From: an uncultured Phascolarctobacterium sp.
GTDB lineage: Bacteria > Bacillota > Negativicutes > Acidaminococcales > Acidaminococcaceae
Assembly (NCBI GenBank): GCA_949299135.1
Contig: CASFZG010000010.1
Location: 11,093 to 75,092 of the forward strand
Reading direction: 5' to 3'
DNA: 64,000 nt
Each line of letters starts with the position of its first letter. Within the stretch, counting starts at the first letter, position 1. Both the position numbers and the translations under genes were made by a program. The notes under the pieces were generated by a model that had not been told where the DNA came from, did no database searches, and saw only the letters and a list, made by a program, of their open reading frames with translations. Positions 47,683-58,049 of this stretch are shown here, in pieces.

Positions 47683-48816
47683 TTATTTAATTTTAATCAG
47701 TTCGTAGCTGCGCGTGCCCATGCCGATTTTTTCAGCGTGTGCAAGGCAGGCTTTCCATTCGGATTCCGGCGTAATGTTGTGGAAGTGGTCATGCTTGGCG
47801 GCTTCTGCCGGGTCAGCGGCGATATGCTCTGCCAGCAGGGAGTTTTCCAGCACAGGCGCGGCGTTTACCAAATCGGCGCAGGCCTGGTCAAGCGCAACCG
47901 GGTCGAACGATGCCAGCATACCGATATCCGGCACAACCGGCGCGTCGTTTTCGGCGTGGCAGTCGCAGTACGGCGATACATCGACAATCAGGCTGATGTG
48001 GAAGTGCGGCCTGCCTGCCAGAATTGCCCACGCATATTCCGCCATGCGTTTGTTCAGCATTTCCATGCTGGCGCTGGCTTCCGGCGGGTTCACGGCATCC
48101 ATCGGGCACGCACCGATGCAGCGCCCGCAGCCGACGCATTTATCCCAGTCGATGTGCGCTTTTTTGTTTTCAATCACCGGCGCTCCGTGAGCGCAGATAC
48201 GCTCGCAGGCATGGCAGCCGATACATTTGCTTTGGTCAACCTGCGGTTTGCCGTCGTGGTGCATTTCCATTTTGCCGGCACGTGAACCGCCGCCCATGCC
48301 GATGTTTTTAATCGCGCCGCCGAAACCGGCAGCTTCGTGCCCTTTAAAATGCGACAGGCTGATAATGATATCGGCGTCCATCAGCGCCTTACCGATTTTT
48401 GCTTCTTTAACCACTTCACCGTTGGGCACGGGCACATAAGCCTCGTCGGTGCCCTTCAAGCCGTCGGCAATAATAACATGGCAGCCAGTGGAAAAGGGGC
48501 TGAAGCCGTTTTCATAAGCGGAAGTGATATGTTCCAGCGCGTGTTTGCGGCGGCCAACGTACAAAGTGTTGCAGTCCGTCAAAAACGGCATGCCGCCCAA
48601 CTCCTTCACAACGTCCGCCACAGCCTTGGCGTAGTTGGGGCGCAAGTAAGAAACATTGCCCGGTTCGCCAAAGTGAATTTTAATGGCGGCAAACTTTTTA
48701 TTAAAATCAATGTTGCCGATACCGGCAGCCTTAATCAGCTTAGCCAGCTTGCCGGGCAGGCTCAGCCCGCCGTAGCCGGTGCGCATGTCAGTAAAATAAA
48801 CCTTTGCTTTCTCCAT
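47683..48816 (-). CDS. DUF362 domain protein with a 4Fe-4S ferredoxin domain
   Basis: KIHFGE.GN, TDCNTLY.G.R, SHFKGH...GFGGAIKN.GMG, CIGC..C...C, C.GCGRC...CP. Confidence 0.88.
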   Translation of the reverse strand: MEKAKVYFTDMRTGYGGLSLPGKLAKLIKAAGIGNIDFNKKFAAIKIHFGEPGNVSYLRPNYAKAVADVVKELGGMPFLTDCNTLYVGRRKHALEHITSAYENGFSPFSTGCHVIIADGLKGTDEAYVPVPNGEVVKEAKIGKALMDADIIISLSHFKGHEAAGFGGAIKNIGMGGGSRAGKMEMHHDGKPQVDQSKCIGCHACERICAHGAPVIENKKAHIDWDKCVGCGRCIGACPMDAVNPPEASASMEMLNKRMAEYAWAILAGRPHFHISLIVDVSPYCDCHAENDAPVVPDIGMLASFDPVALDQACADLVNAAPVLENSLLAEHIAADPAEAAKHDHFHNITPESEWKACLAHAEKIGMGTRSYELIKIK

Positions 48817-48884
48817 AAAATCATCCCTCCATGATTATGTAAAAGTAAATATTCGCTGTGCATGTGCTGCACTTATTAATTTAA

Positions 48885-49703
48885 TTATATCAGCCCCGGC
48901 AAAAATATACCATCCTCGTAAACATCGGGCTTGCCCAGATGGCGGCTGGGCACAAAGCTGCCATGGCAGTCGCTGCCGCCGCTGATGAGCATGCCTTCCG
49001 TGCGGCAGTGCGTTAATAAAAGCTGCGTGTCCTGTTCGCTGTGGCCGGAATGGTAACATTCAAACCCGTCGAACGGTTCTTCAATCAGCTCCACCAAGGT
49101 CTGCGCCAGCCCCGGGCCGTGGAAGCTGCTTGCCGCATGGGCACACAAAGCAACGCCGCCCGCGCCGTGGATAGCGTCAATAACCTCGCGGATACTCGGA
49201 AAAATCGGAAAGCCCAAATCGTGTTCTTTGGTAAAAATGCGCTGAAAGAAATCATTAACGCCGGTGCACAAGCCCTTATCAATTAAATACGCCAGCGATT
49301 TCCAGCCGCCGCGCCTGCGGTCGTAGGTGTAATTTTTAAATTCCTTAAAATCCAGCGGCCAGCCCTGTTTGATTAACAGCTGCACGCTGTCGTCGTCCTT
49401 CTGCTCCAGCAGATGCGTGTTGTGCGCCAGCAGTTCCTGCAAGGGCTTATTGGCAAGGTCAATGCCGTAGCCCAAAATATGGAAGGAAATATCGTCCTTC
49501 GTCGAGCAGACCTCCACGCCCGGCACACATTTTATGCCGCGCTCACCTGCAAGGCGCACGGTTTCCGCCACGTTGGCGGTGCTGTCGTGGTCGGTAACGG
49601 CAATAATGCCAAGCCCCGCGCCCACCGCTGCGTCCACCAAATCCTGCGGCGTCCACGTGCCGTCGCTGGCCGTGCTGTGGATATGCAAATCAACCTTTCT
49701 CAT
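48885..49703 (-). CDS. PHP-domain metal-dependent phosphoesterase
   Basis: DLHIHSTASDG, TDHD, HILGY, AH, GGSDCHG. Confidence 0.92.
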   Translation of the reverse strand: MRKVDLHIHSTASDGTWTPQDLVDAAVGAGLGIIAVTDHDSTANVAETVRLAGERGIKCVPGVEVCSTKDDISFHILGYGIDLANKPLQELLAHNTHLLEQKDDDSVQLLIKQGWPLDFKEFKNYTYDRRRGGWKSLAYLIDKGLCTGVNDFFQRIFTKEHDLGFPIFPSIREVIDAIHGAGGVALCAHAASSFHGPGLAQTLVELIEEPFDGFECYHSGHSEQDTQLLLTHCRTEGMLISGGSDCHGSFVPSRHLGKPDVYEDGIFLPGLI

Positions 49704-50556
49704 GTTCTTTCACCTCGTGGTGATGGCAGCACGCAACTGGCGGCGCTGCCTCCTCTTTTGCAAAGCTCTGCCTTAAGCAGCTTAAAATAAACAGCACCGT
49801 GCCGGTCAGCACAATCGTGCCGCCGGGGGCAAGGTCGGCGTAATAAGACACCGTCAGCCCCACCGTTACGGTGATAATGCCGTAAACAATACCGCCGATA
49901 ATTGTACCGGCAAAGCTGCGCGCCGACTGCAAGGCGCAGGCAACGGGGATAACCATCATTGCCGATACCAGCAGCAGCCCGACGATACGCATGGACAGCG
50001 CTACCGTCAGCGCCGTTAAAACAGCCAGCCACACATTCAGCTTACCAGCTGGCAGCCCCGCCACGCGCGCCGATGTTTCATCAAAAGTAATATATTGCAG
50101 CGGGCGGTAAAACATCACCGTAAAGGCGCAGGCAAACAGCCCCAGCACCGCCACAACCCATAAATCGCTTGCGCTGATGGTCATTAAGCTGCCGAACAGG
50201 ATGCTGCTTAAATTAAAGCCGCCCATACGGTTCATACTGCTGAAAATTACCGCCAGCCCGATGCCGCTGTAAAAGAAAATCGCCAGCACCATTTCAGAAA
50301 AAGTATCCAGCCTGCTGCGTACCTTTTCAATTACCAGCGCACCCAAAACGGTTGCCAGCGCCGCGCTCAGCACCGGCTGCGCACCCAACAACGCGCCGCC
50401 CGCCACTCCGGCAAAGGCAATATGCCCCAAGCCGTCGCCAATCATCGACTGGCGCCGCAGCACCAGAAAGCTGCCTATAAGCGGGCAGATGACGGCGACA
50501 ATCAGCCCCGCCAGCCACGCCCTTTGCATAAATCCTGCGGAAAACATTTCTAACAT
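49690..50556 (-). CDS. znuB: Zn/Mn ABC transporter permease
   Basis: LVLRRQSMIGD.L.H....G, LFGS, VG.LLVSA...IP...A. Confidence 0.88.
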   Translation of the reverse strand: MLEMFSAGFMQRAWLAGLIVAVICPLIGSFLVLRRQSMIGDGLGHIAFAGVAGGALLGAQPVLSAALATVLGALVIEKVRSRLDTFSEMVLAIFFYSGIGLAVIFSSMNRMGGFNLSSILFGSLMTISASDLWVVAVLGLFACAFTVMFYRPLQYITFDETSARVAGLPAGKLNVWLAVLTALTVALSMRIVGLLLVSAMMVIPVACALQSARSFAGTIIGGIVYGIITVTVGLTVSYYADLAPGGTIVLTGTVLFILSCLRQSFAKEEAAPPVACCHHHEVKEHEKG

Positions 50557-50567
50557 TCAGCTTACCT

Positions 50568-51287
50568 CTATCTGTAAAAATAACCGTGCTTGTGCCTGTG
50601 CACCAGCGCCTGCTGCACGCCGCCCCAAAAACAGATGTTGTGGTCAAGGCACAGCGCGTTTTTGCACACCTTCGCCGCCAGCTCCAAATCATGCGACACC
50701 ATTACAATCGTCACGCCCTGTTTGCGGTTAATCTCGCCCAGCATCGTGTACAATTCTTCCTTCGCGTCCGGGTCAACGCCGGTCGCCGGTTCATCCAGCA
50801 GCAAAAGCTCCGGGCTGCGCACCATGGCTCTCGCCAGATATACGCGCTGCTGCTGCCCACCGGACAACTCGCCTATTTTGCGGTGCGCCAGCTCCTTCAG
50901 CGAAAAGCGTTCCATAATATCGTCAACCGCCGCCTTATCCTCGCGCGAGTAATGCTGAAACATGCTGCCGCCGCTTAAACGCCCCAGCGAAACCACTTCG
51001 CGCACGCTGATGGGGAACGCCCTGTGCTGGCGCGCCGGGTTCTGCGGCACATAGCCGATTTTATCCCACGCCGTGAAATGCTCGCGGTCCTGCCCGAAGA
51101 TGGTAATGCTGCCCTGCATGGGTTTTAAAATGCCTGCAAGCAAGCGTAGCAGCGTACTTTTGCCCGCGCCGTTCGGACCGATGACAGCGACAAAATCACC
51201 CTTTTCAATTTGCAGCGACAGGTCGTTTAAAATCCAGCCTTCGCCGTAGCTGTAACCAAGTTTGTCTATTTCAATTACCGTTTTCAT
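50568..51287 (-). CDS. znuC: Zn/Mn ABC transporter ATPase
   Basis: GPNGAGKS, YVPQ, LSGGQQQR, LLLDEP, His-rich C-terminus. Confidence 0.9.
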   Translation of the reverse strand: MKTVIEIDKLGYSYGEGWILNDLSLQIEKGDFVAVIGPNGAGKSTLLRLLAGILKPMQGSITIFGQDREHFTAWDKIGYVPQNPARQHRAFPISVREVVSLGRLSGGSMFQHYSREDKAAVDDIMERFSLKELAHRKIGELSGGQQQRVYLARAMVRSPELLLLDEPATGVDPDAKEELYTMLGEINRKQGVTIVMVSHDLELAAKVCKNALCLDHNICFWGGVQQALVHRHKHGYFYR

Positions 51288-51288
51288 C

Positions 51289-52173
51289 TTATTTACCGTT
51301 CAGCGCAGTATTAAGGTTTTCAATATTGCGCTCCATAATTTTTAAATAATCATCGCCGTTTTGGCGGCCTGCTTCGCTCAAGCCCTCCAATGGGTCCAGC
51401 ACCAAAGTTTCCGCACCGGCTGCCTGCGCTATCGTTTCGGCAATGCGCGGGCTGACCAGCGTTTCAAAAAACACGTATTTAATGCCGTCCGCCTGCATAA
51501 TGCCAAGCAGTTTGTTCAGCGCTGCGGGCGACGGCTCTGCCTGCGGCGATAAACCCATGATTGATTCCTGCCGCAAACCATAATCCGCCGCTAAATGCCC
51601 AAAGGCCGCGTGCGTGGTTATGAAGGTTTTTATTTTGGCGTTTTGCGCCACTGCCGTAAGTTTTTTGTCCAACGCATTTATTTTGGCGATATACTCCGCC
51701 GCGTTCTGTTTATATTCTGCCGCGTGTTCCGGGTCGGCCTTTACAAAAGCATCGCGCACTGCCGCAACTTCAACCGCCGCTTTACGCGGGCTTAACCAAA
51801 AATGCGGGTCGGTTTTATCAAGCTGCTGCATAAAGGGCTGCCCCGCTTCCACCGCCTGCACGCCGTCATCAGCCACGGCTGCAACGGCAGGCTGCGCCCA
51901 CGGCTCAACGCCGCCGTTATACACAAACACTTTGGCTTTTGCCAGCCGCGTCAAATCACGCGCACTCGGCTCCCAGTCGTGCGGCTCAATGCCGTCGCCA
52001 ATCATGGTGTAAACCGTCACTCTGTCGCCGCCGACGGCACGCGCAAATTCCGCCATCGGGTAAAAGCTGGCCGCCACCTGCATTTTGCCATCCGCGGAAG
52101 CGCCCTGCTGCCCGCCGCAGCCAAAGCACAGCAGCGCCAGCGCAAACAAAAGCGCCGTTAAAAATTTATTCAT
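51289..52173 (-). CDS. znuA: Zn/Mn ABC transporter lipoprotein SBP (AdcA/ZnuA-like)
   Basis: Lipobox FGC, EPHDWEPS, DPHFWLSP, H.AFG..A..YGL, L.PLE. Confidence 0.88.
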   Translation of the reverse strand: MNKFLTALLFALALLCFGCGGQQGASADGKMQVAASFYPMAEFARAVGGDRVTVYTMIGDGIEPHDWEPSARDLTRLAKAKVFVYNGGVEPWAQPAVAAVADDGVQAVEAGQPFMQQLDKTDPHFWLSPRKAAVEVAAVRDAFVKADPEHAAEYKQNAAEYIAKINALDKKLTAVAQNAKIKTFITTHAAFGHLAADYGLRQESIMGLSPQAEPSPAALNKLLGIMQADGIKYVFFETLVSPRIAETIAQAAGAETLVLDPLEGLSEAGRQNGDDYLKIMERNIENLNTALNGK

Positions 52174-52280
52174 TGCAAGCTCCTTCAATAATATTGCCGC
52201 AAATTTATTGCAACTTAATGTACATCATGCGGCAATAGGTATATAATAAACCTATATAACTAAAATAGGAAGTGTTTTTT

Positions 52281-52928
52281 ATGAAACTGAACCTGAACAA
52301 AAGCCAGATTGCAACTTTTGATATAGACGCACAGCAGACTTTTACGCCGCTGTGTCCGGACGAACTGCCCGTTGCCGGCGGTGACGGAATTGCCGCCGAG
52401 CTTAATGCGCAGGCGCAGTTTGCTTCGCTGCGTGTCGCCTCGCGTGATGCGCACAGCCCCAAGGCCGTGTGGATTGCAAATGATGAACATGCGCCGCTGA
52501 CGCCTGTTACCAGTTACGCCGACAGCGATTTATACTGGCCGAGCCACGCCATTGTCGGCACCAAAGGTTTTGAATTCATCCCGGGGCTTGACCCCAAAGC
52601 CTATGCCTTTCAGGTTTACAAAGGCATTGAACCGGACAAGCACCCCTACGGTGCGTGCTACCACGATTTAAAGGACACGCTTTCGACAGGCGTGATTGAA
52701 TTTTTGCAGAGCCGCGGCATTAAAGCCGTTATCTGCGGCGGGCTTGCCACCGATTACTGCGTTAAAAACACGGTGCTGCAATTAGTGCGCGCCGGTTTTA
52801 CGGTTATCCTTAACCTTGCAGCCTGCCGCGGCATTGCGCCGGATACCGTTGCCGCCGCCCTTGACGAGATGCGCAGCGCAGGCGTTATTATTATTAACAG
52901 CAACGCAGAGCTTAAAGAGCTGCTGTAG
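52281..52928 (+). CDS. pncA: Nicotinamidase/pyrazinamidase (isochorismatase family)
   Basis: IDAQ..F, D.H, WP.H...GT.G, YKG, GLATDYCV..T. Confidence 0.85.
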   Translation: MKLNLNKSQIATFDIDAQQTFTPLCPDELPVAGGDGIAAELNAQAQFASLRVASRDAHSPKAVWIANDEHAPLTPVTSYADSDLYWPSHAIVGTKGFEFIPGLDPKAYAFQVYKGIEPDKHPYGACYHDLKDTLSTGVIEFLQSRGIKAVICGGLATDYCVKNTVLQLVRAGFTVILNLAACRGIAPDTVAAALDEMRSAGVIIINSNAELKELL

Positions 52929-53546
52929 TTAAACCGGCACTTCCACAAATTCGGTGCTGACTTCGTCAAGCTCGACCGTGCGGTTCAGCGCCGCCGTCAG
53001 CCATTCTTCGGCTTCGGTTTTCTGCTCGCGCTTCATGTACAGCAAAATCTGTACGCGCTCGCCGTATTCCGCACCGCTGACGGTAAAAATGCTTTGGTTG
53101 TACAGCTTGTTCATAATGCGTCCGGCTTCACCCGGAGGCGCGCTCAAGCTGAACACCGTCATTTCCACGCGGCGCGCAAGACCTGCTGCTTCCACGGCGC
53201 TGACAACGCTGTTTGTGTAGGCGCGTACCAAACCGCCAGCACCAAGCTTAATGCCGCCAAAGTAACGTGTTACCACCGCCGCCACGCCGGTTAAGTTTTT
53301 TTTGCGCAAAACTTCCAGCATCGGTATACCGGCCGTACCGCTCGGCTCGCCGTCGTCGCTGGACCTTTGCTGCATATCGTTTATAATATAGGCAGAGCAG
53401 TTATGCGTTGCGTCCCAAAATTCTTTTTTGGTGCTTTTGATAAAATCCTGCGCTTCCGCTTCGCTGCTTACCTTTTTCAGCGTACAGATGAACCGCGATT
53501 TTTCAATCACGATTTCCGTACGGCAATCCTTCTGTATCGTTTGCAT
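52929..53546 (-). CDS. yigZ: YigZ/IMPACT family protein
   Basis: KSRFI, ATHNCSAY, DDGEPSGTAG.P.L, VVTRYFGGIKLGAGGLVRAY. Confidence 0.95.
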   Translation of the reverse strand: MQTIQKDCRTEIVIEKSRFICTLKKVSSEAEAQDFIKSTKKEFWDATHNCSAYIINDMQQRSSDDGEPSGTAGIPMLEVLRKKNLTGVAAVVTRYFGGIKLGAGGLVRAYTNSVVSAVEAAGLARRVEMTVFSLSAPPGEAGRIMNKLYNQSIFTVSGAEYGERVQILLYMKREQKTEAEEWLTAALNRTVELDEVSTEFVEVPV

Positions 53547-53631
53547 AACAAACTCCTTTCCTAAATAATTATATCATAACGGCAAAGCTTTTATTAACAT
53601 TGCCGCAAAACTTCTTCCCCGCTTTACGGAG

Positions 53632-55950
53632 GTGAAGCACTTGACTCATTTAGTTCCGCTCATCAGCGACCTGGCCCTGATTTTAACACTGGCGGGCCTT
53701 GCGACAATTTTATGTAAAAAATTCAACCAGCCGCTTATTTTAGGTTACATGCTGGCAGGCTTTCTGGCCAGCCCGCACTTTACGCTGCTGCCCAACGTCA
53801 TCGACGGCGACAGCATCACCATCTGGGCGGATATCGGCGTTATCTTCATTTTGTTCGACCTGGGGCTGGATTACAACTTCAATAAAATAAAAAGCACCGC
53901 CAACACAGCCATTATCGCCGCCGTAGCGGAATTTACCGGTATTGCCTGCCTGGGTTTTGCATGCGCGCAGCTTTTGGGCTGGAGCGTTACCGACAGTATT
54001 TTTACCGGCTGCATGCTGACGATGAGCAGCACCGCCGTAGTCAGCAAAACGCTGGGCGAGCTGAACCTTTTGAAAAAAGCCTTTGCGCCGATTGCTTTCG
54101 GCATTCTGGTGCTGGAGGATATCTCCGGCATTATCATGATGGTTGTGCTCTCCACCGTCGCCGCCGCGGGCAGCGCCATTTCCGCAGCTTCCATGCTGCA
54201 AAGCATCGGGCTGCTGGTGTTCTTTTTAATCATCTGCTTCATCATCGGCATTTACTTTTTGCCCAGCTTTTTTAAAAAGACCCGCAAATATTTTAATGAT
54301 GAAATGCTGCTCACCGTATCGCTGGGCCTGTGTCTCAGCATGGTGGTGCTCGCCTCGCACATGGGCTTCAGCTCCGCGCTGGGCGCGTTTTTAATGGGCA
54401 CGCTGCTTTCGGGCACGGTGTACACCAAACGCACCAAGGTTTTGCTGGAGCCTGTTAAAAATCTGTTCTCCGGCATTTTCTTCGTATCAGTCGGCATGAT
54501 GGTTGACCCCACCGTCGTCAGCGGCAACCTGCTCACCATCATCGCGCTTTCCGTTACGCTGATTTTTGGCAAATGCCTTTTCACGTCGCTCGGCGTCATG
54601 TTATCCGGCCAACCGCTTAAAACCAGTATGCAGTGCGGCTTTGCGCTGACGCAGCTGGGCGAATTCGCCTTCATCGTCGCCAGCATCGGTGCGGGCTACG
54701 GCTTAACCAGCAGCTTTTTGTACCCGGTGTTCGTCGCCGTTTCCGTCGTTACTATTTTCTTTACACCGCATGTGCTGCTTAACGCGGGCAAGGCTTACCG
54801 CCGCCTGCTGCGCAGCCTGCCTAAAAAAACTGCCGTGATGCTGATTGAGGCGCACCGCGATAACAAAGGCAACGAAAAGCAATCCGAATGGACTAATTTT
54901 TTGCAGATTTACTTTACGCGCATTGTTGTTTACGCCGTAATTTTAATTTTTATTTCCTACATGGGCACGAATATGATTTTGCCCTACTGCCAAAACTATT
55001 TGCAGGCACCGGTCAGCAATTTTACCGCTGCCGCAGTGACACTGCTGCTGATGCTGCCGTTTTTGACGGCGCTTATGGTAAGCCGACTTGGCAGGCGCGA
55101 CCTTGTTGCCGGGCTGTGGTTCCAGAAACGCAGCAACCGCCCGCTGATTCTGGTCTTGATGTTCGTTAAGGTTGCCATCGGTATGTTCTTCATCATGCAG
55201 GTGTTCACCTCCATGCTGGGGCTGCACATCATCGTCGCCATTATCGCTGCGCTGGTGCTGGCCAAATTCATCTACTCGTCCGATTATCTCGTCAGCCGTT
55301 ACCTGCAAATCGAATCGCAGTTTTTAATTAACCTCAACGCCGAAAATCTGGCAGCAGCCGCGCAAAAACGTGCGTCGGCAAGGCACGGCATGTGGCTGGA
55401 CGAACAGCTTTACACCTGCGGCTACGAAATTACCGAAAGCTCGCCATGGGTTGGCTGGAGCATAAGGCGGCTTGATGTACACCGCATTTATAAAATTTTC
55501 GTTATCGAAATTCACAACAGCCACGGCTATATGCCGATACCTTCCGGGCATACGGTGTTGCGCGCGGGCGACAGGCTTTTGATTACCGCGCCGCTGAACG
55601 TACTGCGCACCTTTGACGCCGCCATTAAAAACATGGGGTTGGGACTGAACAAAATCAGCGAAACAGTAACACTGCACCAATTTTTGCAGCAGGAAACCGC
55701 CAACCGCAAAGAGCACGACCAGCTTTTGTGCTACGCCATGCCGGTAACATCGGCATCGCCGCTGGCACGCAGCACGCTGAAAAAATCCGACACTTTCTCC
55801 AAGGGCAAATGGCTGGCGCTGGGGCTGGAACGCGGTAACTACACCATCCTCGACCCGGACGCATCGTTCGTCATCAACAACGGCGACATCCTCTGGATTA
55901 TCGGCAGCAGGCAAATGATAAGCCAGCTGTTTAAAAACGATACGCTGTAA
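53632..55950 (+). CDS. CPA2 cation:proton antiporter with C-terminal RCK_C (TrkA-C) domains
   Basis: About 13 TM helices with MSSTA, L..ED, LGAF..G, FF..VG, Q.GEF.F, plus RCK_C repeats. Confidence 0.9.
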   Translation: MKHLTHLVPLISDLALILTLAGLATILCKKFNQPLILGYMLAGFLASPHFTLLPNVIDGDSITIWADIGVIFILFDLGLDYNFNKIKSTANTAIIAAVAEFTGIACLGFACAQLLGWSVTDSIFTGCMLTMSSTAVVSKTLGELNLLKKAFAPIAFGILVLEDISGIIMMVVLSTVAAAGSAISAASMLQSIGLLVFFLIICFIIGIYFLPSFFKKTRKYFNDEMLLTVSLGLCLSMVVLASHMGFSSALGAFLMGTLLSGTVYTKRTKVLLEPVKNLFSGIFFVSVGMMVDPTVVSGNLLTIIALSVTLIFGKCLFTSLGVMLSGQPLKTSMQCGFALTQLGEFAFIVASIGAGYGLTSSFLYPVFVAVSVVTIFFTPHVLLNAGKAYRRLLRSLPKKTAVMLIEAHRDNKGNEKQSEWTNFLQIYFTRIVVYAVILIFISYMGTNMILPYCQNYLQAPVSNFTAAAVTLLLMLPFLTALMVSRLGRRDLVAGLWFQKRSNRPLILVLMFVKVAIGMFFIMQVFTSMLGLHIIVAIIAALVLAKFIYSSDYLVSRYLQIESQFLINLNAENLAAAAQKRASARHGMWLDEQLYTCGYEITESSPWVGWSIRRLDVHRIYKIFVIEIHNSHGYMPIPSGHTVLRAGDRLLITAPLNVLRTFDAAIKNMGLGLNKISETVTLHQFLQQETANRKEHDQLLCYAMPVTSASPLARSTLKKSDTFSKGKWLALGLERGNYTILDPDASFVINNGDILWIIGSRQMISQLFKNDTL

Positions 55951-55953
55951 ACT

Positions 55954-55985
55954 AAAAAATCCCCCGCTTTTAAGTGGGGGATTTT
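55954..55985. terminator. Bidirectional terminator, near-identical to the one at 7077-7106
   Basis: AAAAAATCCCCCGC-tttta-AGTGGGGGATTTT between convergent genes. Confidence 0.75.
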
Positions 55986-55989
55986 ATTT

Positions 55990-58029
55990 TTAAAACGCAT
56001 AGCTTGCCTGTAAGCTTACGCTTGCGCCTTCGCGCTCGCCGGCATAGCCGCGCAGGTTCAGGTCAATGCTCCACGGGCTATCGGTCGAAGGTTTGTAATT
56101 TACGCCTGCTTCCGCCATGTAGCTGCTGCCTTTCAGGCTCTGCTCCGGTGCGTCCAGCCCTGCCGCACGCATTTGGGCCTCACCGTTAAACTCATATTCG
56201 TAAGCCAATCCGTAATAAGCGCTGAACTTATCTGCCTCATTGGTGTTTACCCTCGCGCCTATGCGCAGACGGTCACTGGTAACGCCGTCAAAACTAAATT
56301 CATCACCGGCAACGGTAAAGCTGTCGCCTTCGGTATAAGTATGGAAGAATTTGCCATACACATCAAGGCTGCTACCTTTGCCCAGCGGTATAACCTGCCC
56401 CATGCCGATATGCGCGCCGTAATAGTTGGCATCGCTTTCATAGCCGTAGGTATTCGTACCGTCGCTTAAAGCATTGCTCATTTCGCTTTTCAGCATACCG
56501 GCACGCAGGCTCGCTTCGGTATAAACGCCGTGCGCATTTTGGTAACGCGCCGCCGCACCGCTGCCGTTATAAACAAGGCTGCCGTCGCCGCGGAAAAACT
56601 CATCGTTAAAGCTGTTGTAAGTACGGTAATTGCCGCTGCCGTTTTCGTAAAACACACCCCAGCTGAACTCATCGCCGCTGTTAAACCGCGCCGCGTTGCC
56701 GACGCCTGCAATCGTGCTCCAGCCGTTGATTTTGATATCGCTGTTCACATCATATTTGCCGGCGTTGCCGTGTACGGCGGCAAATGTTTTAACGCCATAG
56801 CTGCCGTCGCGGCTTAAAGCGTCCAGGCTGTCGATGATTAAATCCGTGCCCTGATTGACAAACGCCGCTGCAACTGCGCGGTTTTCGGCGACAAGTTTGG
56901 TTTGTTTTGCCGTATGCAGGCCGGTGATTTTATAAACAAGCTGCCCGTTTTCCATAACGGCTTCTCCGTCGCCTTCCGCCGCCACGCCTGCCGTAAAGCC
57001 GCCGGAGCGGATTTCGGAAGCGTTAACGTCCAACTTGTTATCGTCAGCTTTGATTAAAGTAATTTCGTCATTAACGTCGATGTCTTTGCTGTCGTTAAAA
57101 TGAATATAGTCAGCTTCGACATGCGACGCGTTTAATTTGCTGTGTTCACCGTCGGCGATATCCATAATGATTTCATTATCCTGCCAGTCAAGGTTTTCAA
57201 ATTTTACAGTATCAAAATTGTTGATGCTCTGCACATTACCTCGCCAGCCGTCAATTGTAAGGGTGTTGGCATAAGCTTTAGTTTTTATATCCGTGCTGTT
57301 TTCATCAGCATATCCATACAGATTTGCATTAGATATATCGGCATTACCGCTGATAATTATTTCATTACGTGCCATTTCTGCATTAATGTTTGTTCCCCTG
57401 AAATCTGCATTTGCAGCATAAACATTACCACTAACTTCGGCATTACCACCAATCAACACTATGTTTTCATTTGCCGTTCCTGTAACAAAATGTGCATTAT
57501 GATTACCGAGTATATAACCACCGGTAATACCTGCGTTTATTATTCCTCCGGTTACTTTAACAATATTATTATCAGCATGCACCTCTGAATTTTCGTTATA
57601 TGTATTTGCAAAACCGCCAACAGCAGAATAATATCCAAAATCTTTGTAGCCAATTTCACCGCCGGATATATTAACTCTATTGCCAGATGCTTCTACATTA
57701 TTCCCTTGTGCCTGCCCGCCAATAACTGCAAAATGCACTTTGCCGCTATTTATATTTACAATATTTTTATCAGCAACAGCTGTTTCTTTGTTAAAAACCA
57801 ACCCACCAAATAAATTCTGGGCTTCTCCACCTTTCATATTTATTTCACCCTGCTCTGCTTTTTGCGCAGCTTTTATACCATATACGACTTCATAAACATC
57901 CCCATTATTTACCTCTGCACCACCAAATTGCGTGCCATCCAAATCCTGCGCCTGTACCTGCGGCATTACGCCGGTTAAAAGTAAGCCCATCAGCGCGCCC
58001 ATCGTTAAAAATCTATATTGTTTTTTCAT
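55990..58029 (-). CDS. Autotransporter (type Va) with a G/N-rich beta-helical passenger
   Basis: Signal peptide, GG/N.V.I.GG repeats, linker ENR...AAFVNQG.D, and a C-terminal beta-barrel ending in YAF. Confidence 0.85.
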   Translation of the reverse strand: MKKQYRFLTMGALMGLLLTGVMPQVQAQDLDGTQFGGAEVNNGDVYEVVYGIKAAQKAEQGEINMKGGEAQNLFGGLVFNKETAVADKNIVNINSGKVHFAVIGGQAQGNNVEASGNRVNISGGEIGYKDFGYYSAVGGFANTYNENSEVHADNNIVKVTGGIINAGITGGYILGNHNAHFVTGTANENIVLIGGNAEVSGNVYAANADFRGTNINAEMARNEIIISGNADISNANLYGYADENSTDIKTKAYANTLTIDGWRGNVQSINNFDTVKFENLDWQDNEIIMDIADGEHSKLNASHVEADYIHFNDSKDIDVNDEITLIKADDNKLDVNASEIRSGGFTAGVAAEGDGEAVMENGQLVYKITGLHTAKQTKLVAENRAVAAAFVNQGTDLIIDSLDALSRDGSYGVKTFAAVHGNAGKYDVNSDIKINGWSTIAGVGNAARFNSGDEFSWGVFYENGSGNYRTYNSFNDEFFRGDGSLVYNGSGAAARYQNAHGVYTEASLRAGMLKSEMSNALSDGTNTYGYESDANYYGAHIGMGQVIPLGKGSSLDVYGKFFHTYTEGDSFTVAGDEFSFDGVTSDRLRIGARVNTNEADKFSAYYGLAYEYEFNGEAQMRAAGLDAPEQSLKGSSYMAEAGVNYKPSTDSPWSIDLNLRGYAGEREGASVSLQASYAF

Positions 58030-58049
58030 TTTAACACCTCTTTTCCGGT

